Shown: positions 1 through 9,189 of the stretch, piece by piece
How positions within the stretch are numbered: position 1 is the first letter of the stretch
How the letters are laid out: each line of letters opens with the position of its first letter
NCBI GenBank assembly: GCA_026710545.1
Contig: JAPOQU010000095.1
Coordinates: forward strand, 4,932-68,931
Direction: 5' to 3'
From: Gammaproteobacteria bacterium
GTDB lineage: Bacteria; Pseudomonadota; Gammaproteobacteria; Eutrophobiales; Eutrophobiaceae
DNA: 64,000 nt
Translations under genes and position numbers: made by a program
Notes under the pieces: model-generated
What the model saw: only the letters and a program-made list of their open reading frames with translations
Told to the model about the DNA's origin: nothing
Database searches by the model: none

Positions 1-307
<307 letters not shown>

Positions 308-312
308 TTATT

Positions 313-522
313 TTATCCGCAGATTACGCAGATTAACGCAGATTAAAATTTTATTCATTGAGTATGGGGGTCCCGATCAGATTTGTCCCTTAAGGAAACG
401 AGCAAGTCGGCGCCAAAATAATGGCGTGTGTTATTTTTGGCCTGTTGCAAATGATTTGAAGAGTGTATGTCTACTTGTCTATTTATCTTTTATCTGCGTT
501 AATCTGCGTAATTTGCGGATAA
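313..522. repeat. 31-bp inverted-repeat pair (313-343 / 492-522) around a 148-bp AT-rich core; each arm is built from three tandem GCAGATTA units
   Basis: 313-343 reads TTATCCGCAGATTACGCAGATTAACGCAGAT. The reverse complement of 492-522 reads TTATCCGCAAATTACGCAGATTAACGCAGAT (30/31 identical). Confidence 0.8.
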
Positions 523-528
523 ATCTTC

Positions 529-1440
529 TCAGCGTTTATGCTGTTCCCCTGCGACTGCTTCGCCTGGTGGCGGCAGCATCTCGTGGCCCCAGATCTTCGG
601 GGAACTGTAAAACTTGGGTTCCCACTCCGCATCATCAATGAGGCGGGCGCCGTGGCCGTACTCGATCCACCATCCGGAAGGGGAATAGATATAAAACGAC
701 ATCATGTGGTCGTTGCTATGCCGTCCCAGCGTCAGGGCCAGCGGCACCTTGTGTTCGTGGACGATATCATAGGCGCGGCCCACGTCATTCAGCGACAGGC
801 TCTCGAACATGAAATGACCCAGGTCGCCGGGCTTCATACCGCCGACCGGGTTCATGAAGGCCAGGCTGTGGTGGCGCGGGTTACAATGCAGGAAGGTCGC
901 CTGTATGCCATCCCAGAAAATATGGTCGCTCAGGCGGAAGCCCAGGTTGTCCTCGTACCACTTTACCGAGGCCGGCCGGTCGGCCGTAGCCAGCACTATG
1001 TGCCCCATACCCAGGTCGCCGGTATTGTAACCTTCCATCCCGCGCTTCGGCGTAAACGGTTTGCAGTCCTGCACGGGGCCGAAAAAGATTTCCAGGCGGA
1101 TATCATCAGGCCCGCTGACCACAAACAGGTCCATCACGGCGCGCTCCTCGCGTAACGCCGCGCTGCCGGCTTCTACCGCTATACCCTTGTCGCTCAGTTC
1201 AGCGGCCAGGTTATCCAGGTCTCCCTGGAATTCGACCTCCCAGCCGATGTATTTCAATTTGTTGCTGTTCGATTTATGCAGCGCCAGCCTGTGGTGATTA
1301 TCGTCCATGCGGTAGTGCCGGAGCGACTTCCCGCTGTCTGCCCGCTGCTCCAGTCCGTACACGGTGTCCAGCAGGCTGTCCCAGGCATCAAAGTCCGTCA
1401 CCTCACAACCGATATAACCTAGACCCTTGATCTTCGACAT
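529..1440 (-). CDS. type I extradiol ring-cleavage dioxygenase (catechol / 2,3-dihydroxybiphenyl 1,2-dioxygenase-like, two VOC domains)
   Basis: 303-aa ORF with a two-domain layout. It carries GLGYIGCEV, GMGHIVL and FLHCNPRHHSLAF blocks typical of BphC/XylE-type enzymes. Confidence 0.85.
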   Translation of the reverse strand: MSKIKGLGYIGCEVTDFDAWDSLLDTVYGLEQRADSGKSLRHYRMDDNHHRLALHKSNSNKLKYIGWEVEFQGDLDNLAAELSDKGIAVEAGSAALREERAVMDLFVVSGPDDIRLEIFFGPVQDCKPFTPKRGMEGYNTGDLGMGHIVLATADRPASVKWYEDNLGFRLSDHIFWDGIQATFLHCNPRHHSLAFMNPVGGMKPGDLGHFMFESLSLNDVGRAYDIVHEHKVPLALTLGRHSNDHMMSFYIYSPSGWWIEYGHGARLIDDAEWEPKFYSSPKIWGHEMLPPPGEAVAGEQHKR

Positions 1441-1479
1441 GCCGTCTCTCCTCCTGTCAGGAAATATGTTCTGTGTATT

Positions 1480-2082
1480 TTACAGATTCTGTTGAATGTT
1501 CTCGATTGCTGCATTTATCGACCGTTCCCGTTCCTGCTCTCCCCATGCCAGTCCCTCCGCATCGAAATAAACGATATCCGTGATACCGATAAACGCAAAG
1601 ATCGTGTCCAGGTACGGGCGCAGGTGGTCCATATCCGTGCCCCTGGACTTGCCGCTGCCGGCGGTGCATACATAGACCTTTTTACCTCCGCACAGGCCTT
1701 CAAGCCGGCCGTTGGCCACCCGGCGGAAGGCCTTTCCGGGCCTGACCACGTAATCGATCCAGGCTTTCAGGCTGGCCGGCACCGTGAAGTTATACATGGG
1801 TGTTCCCAGCACCACGGTGTCGGCCTGCAACAACTCTTCCGTCAAGGCATCGGAATCTGCCAACGCCCCGACCTGCTCCCCGGTCCTGTCCGGAGGCGGG
1901 GTAAAAAAGGCTTCCGCCTCCAGCGCGTTAACGGGCGCAGGCGCCGAAGCGCCCAGGTCCCGCCTGATCACCCGGACCGACGGCTCCGCCTCCAGGAGTT
2001 GCTCAACCACAATCCGGGATAACCTGCGGCTGACCGAATTGACAGTACGAGCACTGCAATCGATATGCAATACCGTACCCAT
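1480..2082 (-). CDS. azoR: FMN-dependent NADH-azoreductase
   Basis: 200-aa ORF. The N-terminus VLHIDCSARTVNSVSRRLS and a MYNFTVPASLKAWID block match the AzoR/flavodoxin-like family. Confidence 0.8.
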   Translation of the reverse strand: MGTVLHIDCSARTVNSVSRRLSRIVVEQLLEAEPSVRVIRRDLGASAPAPVNALEAEAFFTPPPDRTGEQVGALADSDALTEELLQADTVVLGTPMYNFTVPASLKAWIDYVVRPGKAFRRVANGRLEGLCGGKKVYVCTAGSGKSRGTDMDHLRPYLDTIFAFIGITDIVYFDAEGLAWGEQERERSINAAIENIQQNL

Positions 2083-2088
2083 TGATTC

Positions 2089-3378
2089 TTATCTCTTGAA
2101 ATGGCCTTTCGTGTGCTTTTCCTCCTGGATACCGCGGCTATACTCACCGGCGAACACGCGCCACATCAGCAGCTCGATATCGAACCGGGCCGTCTGCTCC
2201 TGGTTCCAGCCGTCTTCGCTGGCATAGAATTCGTGGATGTATTCCCGCGCCTCGGCATCCTGTATGGTAAAGTCATCGACTACAGGGACTTTCCAGCGCA
2301 CCTGCCCCAGGTCGCCTTCGGCCCATTCCCGGGCTTCCTCTTCATTTTCCACGCGCTTCCAGCCGCACTGGAAATAGTAGTGGGAGTTGGCGTCCCGCGG
2401 CACGTAGTATTCGTTGTGAACCACCCCCGGGAAAGGCCATGGATTGACCTTCAGCCCGCAGGGTAGCCACTCGCCAACCTCGGTGGTGAACGCGTGCTGT
2501 CCCAGAATTTCTATTTCCCGGGGGGACTGGCCCTTGGCGATGGGCAGGATGACATCGGTATCCGCCCCGCCGTTCCGTCCGGGTATTTTTGCAGTCATGG
2601 ACATGTTGGTCTCCGCCGCCAGGCGGGTAAATCCTCTCGGGCCGTTTTCCATCAGCTCGTAAATACTGGTCTCCAGCACCGCTTCCTTCTTCGACACCCA
2701 GCCGAAGGTCATGGGTATGCGTGAATTGATGGAGAATTTTGACCAGTTGTGGATGTAATGGTGGCCCGGGTCGTAACCGCCTTCCGAGCCCAGGCGCCAG
2801 TTTGCCTTTACCAGGTACGGGTCCGCCACGCAGATCGCCATGTCTTCGTCAAAAAACCCGGGGGGTACGTCATGCTCCAGGGGCGGCGGCGGATTCATAT
2901 CACCGACGAATGTGAAAATTACGCCTTTTACTTCCCGCACCGGGTAGCTCTTTATCCCCTTGCGCCCGGCCAGGGAGGAGTCGGGGTCGTTCAACAGGCA
3001 GCGAATGCGGCCGTCGTCCAGGTTAAAGGTGAATGCGTGGTGCCAGCAGGTAATGGTATCGTCCGTATAGCACACGGGCCGTTGCGAGAAGCGCGTGCCG
3101 CGGTGGCTGCAGCGGTCTTCAATCGCGTACAGGCGGCCGGCCCGGCGCAGGTAGAGAATATCCTCGCCCAGCAACTTGATCGCCTTGTGCCCGCCATCCC
3201 CGATGTTGCGGCTGGCCTCCGTCGGGTACCAGTGATTGCGAAACCCCAGTTCCGCCTTGAGCCACGCTTGCCAGGGTTTTGCAGCCGTAGCGGGATCCGC
3301 CCCCTCGAACTCAAAATCCGGGACGTAAGCTGCGGTGCGTTTCATCAGGTCCAGCGCGATTTCATTAAACTTACCCAT
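2089..3378 (-). CDS. Rieske [2Fe-2S] non-haem-iron oxygenase, alpha-subunit-like
   Basis: 429-aa ORF with the Rieske motif CSHRGTRF...(17)...CWHHAF. Confidence 0.8.
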   Translation of the reverse strand: MGKFNEIALDLMKRTAAYVPDFEFEGADPATAAKPWQAWLKAELGFRNHWYPTEASRNIGDGGHKAIKLLGEDILYLRRAGRLYAIEDRCSHRGTRFSQRPVCYTDDTITCWHHAFTFNLDDGRIRCLLNDPDSSLAGRKGIKSYPVREVKGVIFTFVGDMNPPPPLEHDVPPGFFDEDMAICVADPYLVKANWRLGSEGGYDPGHHYIHNWSKFSINSRIPMTFGWVSKKEAVLETSIYELMENGPRGFTRLAAETNMSMTAKIPGRNGGADTDVILPIAKGQSPREIEILGQHAFTTEVGEWLPCGLKVNPWPFPGVVHNEYYVPRDANSHYYFQCGWKRVENEEEAREWAEGDLGQVRWKVPVVDDFTIQDAEAREYIHEFYASEDGWNQEQTARFDIELLMWRVFAGEYSRGIQEEKHTKGHFKR

Positions 3379-3479
3379 GCCAAAACCCCCATGTTTGATA
3401 TTCCAGGACAGTGAACATTAAAGTATAAATAATGACTCCTGGAATTTAAATAAAAAGTTTATTTAAATTCAATATGTAT

Positions 3480-3923
3480 TTACCCGCCGCTGATCTCTTC
3501 CGAAAACCGGGAAAAGAAATCATTCGACATCTTCTTCGTCGTTGACGCTATCAACCTGGACCCGACCTGGGCGAGTTTGCCGCCCACGGAAAACTCCGCC
3601 TGGTAGCGCAGCAGCGTATCCTCCCCGTCCCGGGCAAGTTGTACGTCTGCCTTGCCCTTGCCGAAACCGGCAACGCCGCCCTTGCCCTCGCCGGCCAGCG
3701 TGTAGGAATACGGCGCATCGATGTTGGTAAGCGCCAGGACGGTTTTAAACCTTGTTTTGACCGGCCCGTACTTAGCCGTTATCAGGCACTCGTAGCGGTT
3801 TTCCCCTGCCGCTTCGATACTTTCACAACCCGGGATACAGAGTTTCAGTACTCCGGGGTCATTCAAGGCCTGCCATGCTCTTGCCAGTTCACAGGGCAGC
3901 CTGTGTTCGCCTTCGATTATCAT
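3480..3923 (-). CDS. CoxG-family SRPBCC protein (carbon monoxide dehydrogenase subunit G-like)
   Basis: 147-aa ORF. LNDPGVLKLCIPGCES, GPVKTRFK and GGKLAQVGSRLI...FF blocks are characteristic of CoxG. Confidence 0.8.
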   Translation of the reverse strand: MIIEGEHRLPCELARAWQALNDPGVLKLCIPGCESIEAAGENRYECLITAKYGPVKTRFKTVLALTNIDAPYSYTLAGEGKGGVAGFGKGKADVQLARDGEDTLLRYQAEFSVGGKLAQVGSRLIASTTKKMSNDFFSRFSEEISGG

Positions 3924-4051
3924 GTCCAGTCCAATATCGGGATCACAGAAAACAACGGATCAGGTATTATAGGTAACTCTGTGTGTCTTAATCCAGAGGT
4001 TCCCATACTAACCTGAACAGGGACCCTGGTTATAATTATTGAGCATAATAG

Positions 4052-4678
4052 GTGGCAGATATGAGTGATACTCCGGGCAAATTGATCGATACAACCACTA
4101 TCCAGGCGCATCATGGCGGCCATGGACATATAAGGAAAGGACAAACCCTGAGGATTATCGACGTGGAAGGACAGCAGGTGGCAGATTTTGTCGCCGTAAA
4201 ATCCGGCGACCCCAACGAATTCCAGGATTGCGTCTACACCAGCTGGCATCACGGCCGCTACAAATGGCAGGAAGGGGATACTATCCGCAGCAACCTCATG
4301 AACGACATGTGGACAATTGCCGGCGACAGGACCGCCAACCATTACACCGGTGGCGGTTTCTGCTCCAACGCCGCACGCAGGTTGTACCTGGGCTCGGATG
4401 AGAACGGCTGTCGCGACACGATCCAGGAAGAATACCGTAAACTCGGGATTGACCCGAACTACCTGCAATCGGTTGCCTGTTTCAATATCTTCATGACGGT
4501 GATCTACTCCCCGGAGGGGGACTGGCTCATCGACAGGCCTGTTACCAAGGCGGGGGATTATATTGATTTAAGGGCGGAAATGGACCTGACCTGGATGGTG
4601 TCGGTCTGTGCCTGGCCGGAGGTGGTGAACGGCGATAAGCCTACGCCGCTTCGCTTTGAAACCTACGATGCCAACTGA
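4052..4678 (+). CDS. DUF1989 / urea-carboxylase-associated family protein
   Basis: 208-aa ORF. The GQTLRIIDVEGQQVADF block and downstream conserved Cys region resemble DUF1989 from memory. Confidence 0.6.
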   Translation: MADMSDTPGKLIDTTTIQAHHGGHGHIRKGQTLRIIDVEGQQVADFVAVKSGDPNEFQDCVYTSWHHGRYKWQEGDTIRSNLMNDMWTIAGDRTANHYTGGGFCSNAARRLYLGSDENGCRDTIQEEYRKLGIDPNYLQSVACFNIFMTVIYSPEGDWLIDRPVTKAGDYIDLRAEMDLTWMVSVCAWPEVVNGDKPTPLRFETYDAN

Positions 4679-4994
4679 TATGCCTGAAGTAAAAACCATA
4701 AAGCATGACGCGCTGGAGACCAACTCCGTCACGCAGCACTACCTGGAAGACGACACCGCGGTTGCCATCTACAACCTCGAAGGGGAGTACTTTGCCAGCA
4801 GTGACGTGTGTACCCACGGCCAGGCGTTCCTGTCCGACGGTGAAATCAGGGGCGACGAGGTCGTCTGCCCGTACCACGAAGGCTCATTCGAAATCAGGAC
4901 GGGAGAACCCGTCGACCCCCCCTGCGTAATCCCGCTGGACAGGTACGAAACCCGGCTGGGGGAAGACGGGTATATTTATATAACTATCGAATAA
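4656..4994 (+). CDS. Rieske-type ferredoxin component
   Basis: 112-aa ORF with CTHGQAFL...(18)...CPYHEGSF. It overlaps the upstream gene, so an internal Met start (MPTDMPE) is possible. Confidence 0.8.
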   Translation: MKPTMPTDMPEVKTIKHDALETNSVTQHYLEDDTAVAIYNLEGEYFASSDVCTHGQAFLSDGEIRGDEVVCPYHEGSFEIRTGEPVDPPCVIPLDRYETRLGEDGYIYITIE

Positions 4995-4995
4995 C

Positions 4996-5023
4996 CGTCA
5001 TTCCTGCGCAAGCAGGAACGACG
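4996..5023. repeat. REP-like palindrome, 'CGTCATTCC-GC..GC-GGAACGACG' family, copy 1
   Basis: CGTCATTCCTGCGCAAGCAGGAACGACG lies between convergent genes. Related copies are at 8797-8843, 27165-27212 and 59555-59638. Confidence 0.75.
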
Positions 5024-5038
5024 AACGCGGTAACGTAT

Positions 5039-5064
5039 GGGGTCAGTGTATTTGCACTGACCCC
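5039..5064. terminator. GC-rich hairpin GGGGTCAGTG-N6-CACTGACCCC between convergent genes, followed by AATTTT
   Basis: Perfect 10-bp stem read directly from the sequence, with a partial T-run on the plus strand. Confidence 0.5.
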
Positions 5065-5078
5065 AATTTTCTGTTCTC

Positions 5079-5516
5079 TCAGGTGGTTTTGCTCAGCGTG
5101 GCCCGTCCAGGGCCTCTGGAATCTTGCGGTTCGTCGGCGCAGTGGAAATTCAATTCTATGATGACGCCGTCGGGGTCGTTGACGAAAAGCTGCCAGATAC
5201 CGAAGTCCCGGATATTGTTTTCCTTGTAGGTGATACCCGATCCTTCGAATTTATCACGCATCTCATCAAAACCCTGTGCCTTGATTGCCAGGTGGTCGAC
5301 GGCGCCGCTGCCGCGGGAAATTTCGCCGTCCGGGCCCAGGGCTGCGTAGCCGGCCATCAGGTGAAACATGGTCTCCCCCATCTGTAACCAGGCGCCGGGG
5401 AAATCGAAATCCGGCCGGTCCACTTTTTCCATGCCGAGCACTTGCGTGTAGAAATGTTCACTGGCCGTAAGGTCCTTTGTTCTCAACGCCACGTGATGCA
5501 GGTCGGTTAATGGCAT
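5079..5516 (-). CDS. VOC / glyoxalase-bleomycin-resistance-dioxygenase family protein
   Basis: 145-aa ORF. LHHVALRTKDL..SEHFY..VLGM and the HLAI block are typical of the VOC fold. Confidence 0.75.
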   Translation of the reverse strand: MPLTDLHHVALRTKDLTASEHFYTQVLGMEKVDRPDFDFPGAWLQMGETMFHLMAGYAALGPDGEISRGSGAVDHLAIKAQGFDEMRDKFEGSGITYKENNIRDFGIWQLFVNDPDGVIIELNFHCADEPQDSRGPGRATLSKTT

Positions 5517-5541
5517 TTGTCTCCTCCTCCGCAGCAGTTTC

Positions 5542-6891
5542 TCAATCTGTCAGTCCGACTTCCGCCCGCGTCCGGGTACAGGAATCAATAACAGTATAGA
5601 TCGCTTCCTTGATGGAAATTTCCAGATCGGGTACCCGGATGACACCCATGCCGCCCAGACCCTCGGTAAATTCCGGCGGCGTATCGGCTTCGCCCAGCCA
5701 GGCATAGCCTATACGCACCAGGGGGAAACCGGTCCGGTTGATGGTTGCGGCATCTGTCTGTCCCGCCATGTGCGGGGCGCCGGGATACGGTTTGCCGTGC
5801 ACTTCCTGCCAGGCCCGCAGGGCAGACTGCACCACCCAGTGATCCGGGTCGGTCGACCCTGCGTCACAGGTCACGACGGTCTCCCATTCCGCCTCCACCT
5901 CAGGATGTTTGTCCAGGATGGCTTTCATGACCTGGTCGAATTCCCGCTCAACCTGGGCCGCCTTCTGCAGGGGACTGGTGCGCACATCGAGCCAGATTTC
6001 AGTCGCCGCGCCCGGAAACGCGGGTTTATCAGGCCAGCCGCAGCGTAACGCGGAAATCCAGCCTTCAGGTTTTACCTGGTCGCTGGTATGTTTATCCGGG
6101 TACTCTATCAACCATTCCTCCAGGTCCAGGATGACCTTCGCTGCGGGAATGATCGAACTGCGGAAGCCCGGCACCCCGCGGGGAATGCCGGCGTAACCCA
6201 TGGTCCCCCAGACGGTTACCTTGAACCAGACCATGCCCGGGTGTTCATAATAAATATCATCCCAGGGTTTGCAGATCACGCCGAAATCCGCGGTTACGCC
6301 GTGGGACAGCAGGTGGTTCACGCCGTTGCTGATGCCCGTGTGGTTGCGTTCAGGAACAATCCAGGGCATCCCCCCGCCTGCCGTGGCGATGACCACATCA
6401 CCTTTCAACTCCACCTCCGCTTCCACAACACAGGTCAATGCCTCGGTCAACAGGGCGACCATGGATTTCGGGTTGGATGCGCCCAGGCCGATGACCAGGT
6501 CGCCGTCGATATACGGCTCGGGCCGCATGTCGGCCCGGTGCTCCGGGCCGGCGTGGGGCAAATCCTGTTCCGGGTCCCCTTCCAGCAGTGTGTCGACAGG
6601 GGCGTACAGCATCAGCGTGGGACCGTCGCCCGATCCTTTTACCCGGCCGTAACAGTTGCCCGAGATATCCGTAATCGGTTGATAATGCGCCCTGATCCCC
6701 ACGCTGTTCAGGTAATCGGTCATGAATTCACAGGCCTCCCGCTCGGCGCCGGTGGGACTGTGTTTGCCAGTCAGGTCGAAGATCAGTTGCTTCAGGCGCG
6801 CCAGGTCAATTTTATCGCAGGCAGCCTCGTACCACTGCCGTTGTTCCCGGCTCAATGGGACGTCTCTGGTGTTCAAGGTTGTCATTATCAC
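5542..6891 (-). CDS. M20 (ArgE/DapE/CPG2)-like protein; canonical metal ligands appear substituted
   Basis: 449-aa ORF. The layout resembles M20, but the blocks read LMLYAPVDT (for HxDTV), GLGASNPKS (for GxGxxDxKG) and ATAGGGM (for xEExG). Confidence 0.5.
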   Translation of the reverse strand: MIMTTLNTRDVPLSREQRQWYEAACDKIDLARLKQLIFDLTGKHSPTGAEREACEFMTDYLNSVGIRAHYQPITDISGNCYGRVKGSGDGPTLMLYAPVDTLLEGDPEQDLPHAGPEHRADMRPEPYIDGDLVIGLGASNPKSMVALLTEALTCVVEAEVELKGDVVIATAGGGMPWIVPERNHTGISNGVNHLLSHGVTADFGVICKPWDDIYYEHPGMVWFKVTVWGTMGYAGIPRGVPGFRSSIIPAAKVILDLEEWLIEYPDKHTSDQVKPEGWISALRCGWPDKPAFPGAATEIWLDVRTSPLQKAAQVEREFDQVMKAILDKHPEVEAEWETVVTCDAGSTDPDHWVVQSALRAWQEVHGKPYPGAPHMAGQTDAATINRTGFPLVRIGYAWLGEADTPPEFTEGLGGMGVIRVPDLEISIKEAIYTVIDSCTRTRAEVGLTD

Positions 6892-6897
6892 TCTCCC

Positions 6898-8190
6898 TCA
6901 AGGTTGTTCAATATCATACCCGGTTAAATTCTGCAGGTAAGCCGAGTAAGCAAATAACCGTCCATCTTCCTGCCTGTTGCAAACCAGTTGTATGCCGATG
7001 GGCAGCCCGTTAGCGCTTTTTGTCAGCGGCAGATTCATACAGGGGGTCTGCAGAAAAGTCCAGATCCTGTTGAACATGGGGTTGCCGGTATTGTGCAGGC
7101 CCGCCGGCGCTCCACCCGGCGCGCTTGGGGTTATGACAAGGTCTGCCCGGGAAAATATCCCGGACAGGAAGCGTTCACCCCTGGCCAGGGCGTCATTCAG
7201 CCCGGCATCGAATGACTTGTCCACCCGGCGGCCCTCCACAACCAGGTCCCGGGTCTGCGGGCGCACCTGGTCCGGGTGCCGATCCGTAATATGCCCCAGG
7301 GAGCCCGCGGCGCCGCGGGCAAGGTACGCCTGCTGTACTTCCATCATGCCGTTCAGCAGGTCTTCATCCGCTTCAACCACGTCAATGCCCGCCTGCCGTA
7401 GCCGTCCCGCGAAGTCAAGCATACTGTCCTGTACCTCGGCATCGGCGTCATCCCAGGCCGGGGTGCGGACAACGGCAACCGTAGCGGGCCGCGCTGCGCC
7501 CGGCGTCCCGGTTTCCTGTTGCGCCAACACGCCATGCAACAGGGCAAGGTCTAAAGGCGACCGGCTGAACGCGCCCAGGGTATCGAGTTCCGGCGCCAGG
7601 GGATGGATGCCGCCGAGTGAATAAGAGTTATACGTCGGCTTGCAGCCGAAAACACCGTTAAAACTTGCCGGCCGGATGATGGAGCCCGAGGTTTGCGTAC
7701 CCAGGGCAAGCGGCACATGAAAATCCGCCACTGCCGCCGCGGAACCGCTGGAAGACCCGCCCGGCGTGTGGTCCAGGGCATGGGGATTGGCGGTTTTACC
7801 CGGCGCATAAAAAGCAAATTCAGTGGTCACTGTTTTCCCCATGATAATCGCCCCTGCCTGTTTCAGCAGGCGGATGCACTCTGCGTCTTCAGCGGGGTAA
7901 TGTCCCTGAAAAACCTGTGACCCGTAACAGGTCGGCATGTCCGCCGTATCGATAATATCCTTGACGCCGATGGGGATGCCGTGCAACGGCGTTGTTGCGG
8001 GCCGCCCATTACAGGCGCGTGCCCGGGCCAGCGCCTGGTCGGGGTCAAGCCAGGCCCAGGCCTTGACCTGGTCCTCTCTTGCATGAATCCGTTCAAGACA
8101 GGCAGTCACCAGGTCAACCGGGGTAAACACGCCGCCGGCAATGCCCCGGGCGGCTTCAGCAAGATTGAGACGATGTAATTCTGATGTCAT
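6898..8190 (-). CDS. amidase (amidase-signature family)
   Basis: GGSSSGSAAAVA signature. I chose the start at the internal Met (MTSELHRLNLAEA, ATG at 8190) rather than the ORF-track start at 8256. Confidence 0.85.
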   Translation of the reverse strand: MTSELHRLNLAEAARGIAGGVFTPVDLVTACLERIHAREDQVKAWAWLDPDQALARARACNGRPATTPLHGIPIGVKDIIDTADMPTCYGSQVFQGHYPAEDAECIRLLKQAGAIIMGKTVTTEFAFYAPGKTANPHALDHTPGGSSSGSAAAVADFHVPLALGTQTSGSIIRPASFNGVFGCKPTYNSYSLGGIHPLAPELDTLGAFSRSPLDLALLHGVLAQQETGTPGAARPATVAVVRTPAWDDADAEVQDSMLDFAGRLRQAGIDVVEADEDLLNGMMEVQQAYLARGAAGSLGHITDRHPDQVRPQTRDLVVEGRRVDKSFDAGLNDALARGERFLSGIFSRADLVITPSAPGGAPAGLHNTGNPMFNRIWTFLQTPCMNLPLTKSANGLPIGIQLVCNRQEDGRLFAYSAYLQNLTGYDIEQP

Positions 8191-8298
8191 TATTTCAACT
8201 GGAACCGGGGAAATTTCCTGTATGATCCTTGATTGTATTGCCCTATAATCCCGCAATCAGGAAAAATATCCTGAGTCCATAACACAAAGGAGCTTAGC

Positions 8299-8787
8299 AT
8301 GAAACTATTCAAACTTATTCTACCAGCAGCAATGCTATTGATTCTATCAGGTTGCAGCAGCGAGCAGCCAGCCCCGATGCTTGAGGTCAGTAAATCGATG
8401 ACCATCAATGCCGGGCTTGACGATGTCTGGGGATATGCGGGCGATTTCTGTGCCATCAGCGTCTGGCACCCGGCTGTTGAAACCTGCGAAATAAGCGATG
8501 AGGACGGCACCACCTATCGGATTCTCACCCTGGGGGACGGGGCACAGATCAAGGAAAGGCATGATGGCGCTACGGCTACCGGGTATTCCTACACGATCAT
8601 TGAGGGTCCGTTACCGGTCAAGGATTACAGTTCGACGTTTGAGGCCGTGGAAGATGCCGGGAGCACAACCATCAACTGGTCATCGTCGTTCATGTCCGAG
8701 GGCGCAACGGATGACGAGGCCAAAGAAGTCATCAACGGTATTTACGATGGCGGCCTTGCCACTATAGCCGGCAATTTCGAAGAGTAG
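8299..8787 (+). CDS. SRPBCC-fold lipoprotein
   Basis: 162-aa ORF with the lipobox LLILSGC. The remainder resembles polyketide-cyclase/SRPBCC proteins. Confidence 0.6.
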   Translation: MKLFKLILPAAMLLILSGCSSEQPAPMLEVSKSMTINAGLDDVWGYAGDFCAISVWHPAVETCEISDEDGTTYRILTLGDGAQIKERHDGATATGYSYTIIEGPLPVKDYSSTFEAVEDAGSTTINWSSSFMSEGATDDEAKEVINGIYDGGLATIAGNFEE

Positions 8788-8796
8788 TCTCAGCTT

Positions 8797-8843
8797 CCCG
8801 TCATCCCGCAGAGCCTGGGTTCCCGCTTGCGCGGGAATGACGG
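8797..8843. repeat. REP-like palindrome family, copy 2 (opposite orientation)
   Basis: CCGTCATCCCGC...GTTCCCGCTTGCGCGGGAATGACGG lies between convergent genes. Confidence 0.75.
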
Positions 8844-8850
8844 TGGAGTC

Positions 8851-9189
8851 CTATCGGTCGAGATTTTCGCCGTGAGCGGCGACAAACCGGTGAGCGTCGA
8901 AACTGTTCGGGACGGTGTTACTGCAATCGTACAACTCGTTATGGGGCGCGGCTTCGGCAAAGGCCAGCGCCAGGTGATACAGCGGTAAGACCGACTCCGG
9001 CGTAGCGCCGGGCTGATACTGATCGAGGTAAACCAGCACCTCATCCAGTAACGGCAACATGGCCTCATAAAATTCCCGGTATTCTTCCGCTGTAGCGACC
9101 CAGCGTTGCTGTGAGCGTTGCAGTTCCGTAGGAAACGCCCAGACCCCGGCGAAGGGTTCCAGGCTGGAAAATTGTTCAGGTAACATCAA
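8851..9189 (-). CDS. small conserved hypothetical protein, partner of a Rieske oxygenase (paralog of 12055-12396)
   Basis: 112-aa ORF. Its start overlaps the stop of the upstream Rieske gene (ATGA). By eye it is roughly 35-40% identical to the 113-aa ORF at 12055-12396. Confidence 0.6.
   Translation of the reverse strand: MMLPEQFSSLEPFAGVWAFPTELQRSQQRWVATAEEYREFYEAMLPLLDEVLVYLDQYQPGATPESVLPLYHLALAFAEAAPHNELYDCSNTVPNSFDAHRFVAAHGENLDR

Noticed and set aside
538-1155. Long ORFs antisense to, or out of frame with, clear genes. Examples: 538-1155(+), 2749-3414(+), 6088-6927(+), 13546-14421(-), 19861-20625(-), 20695-21807(+), 28151-29224(-), 49296-50411(-), 51178-52167(-), 53662-54429(-), 59677-60654(-), 62387-63295(-).
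   Set aside because: They overlap ORFs with strong family signatures. They have Arg/Gly/Pro/Ala-rich low-complexity translations typical of shadow frames in GC-rich DNA, and they carry no recognisable motifs.
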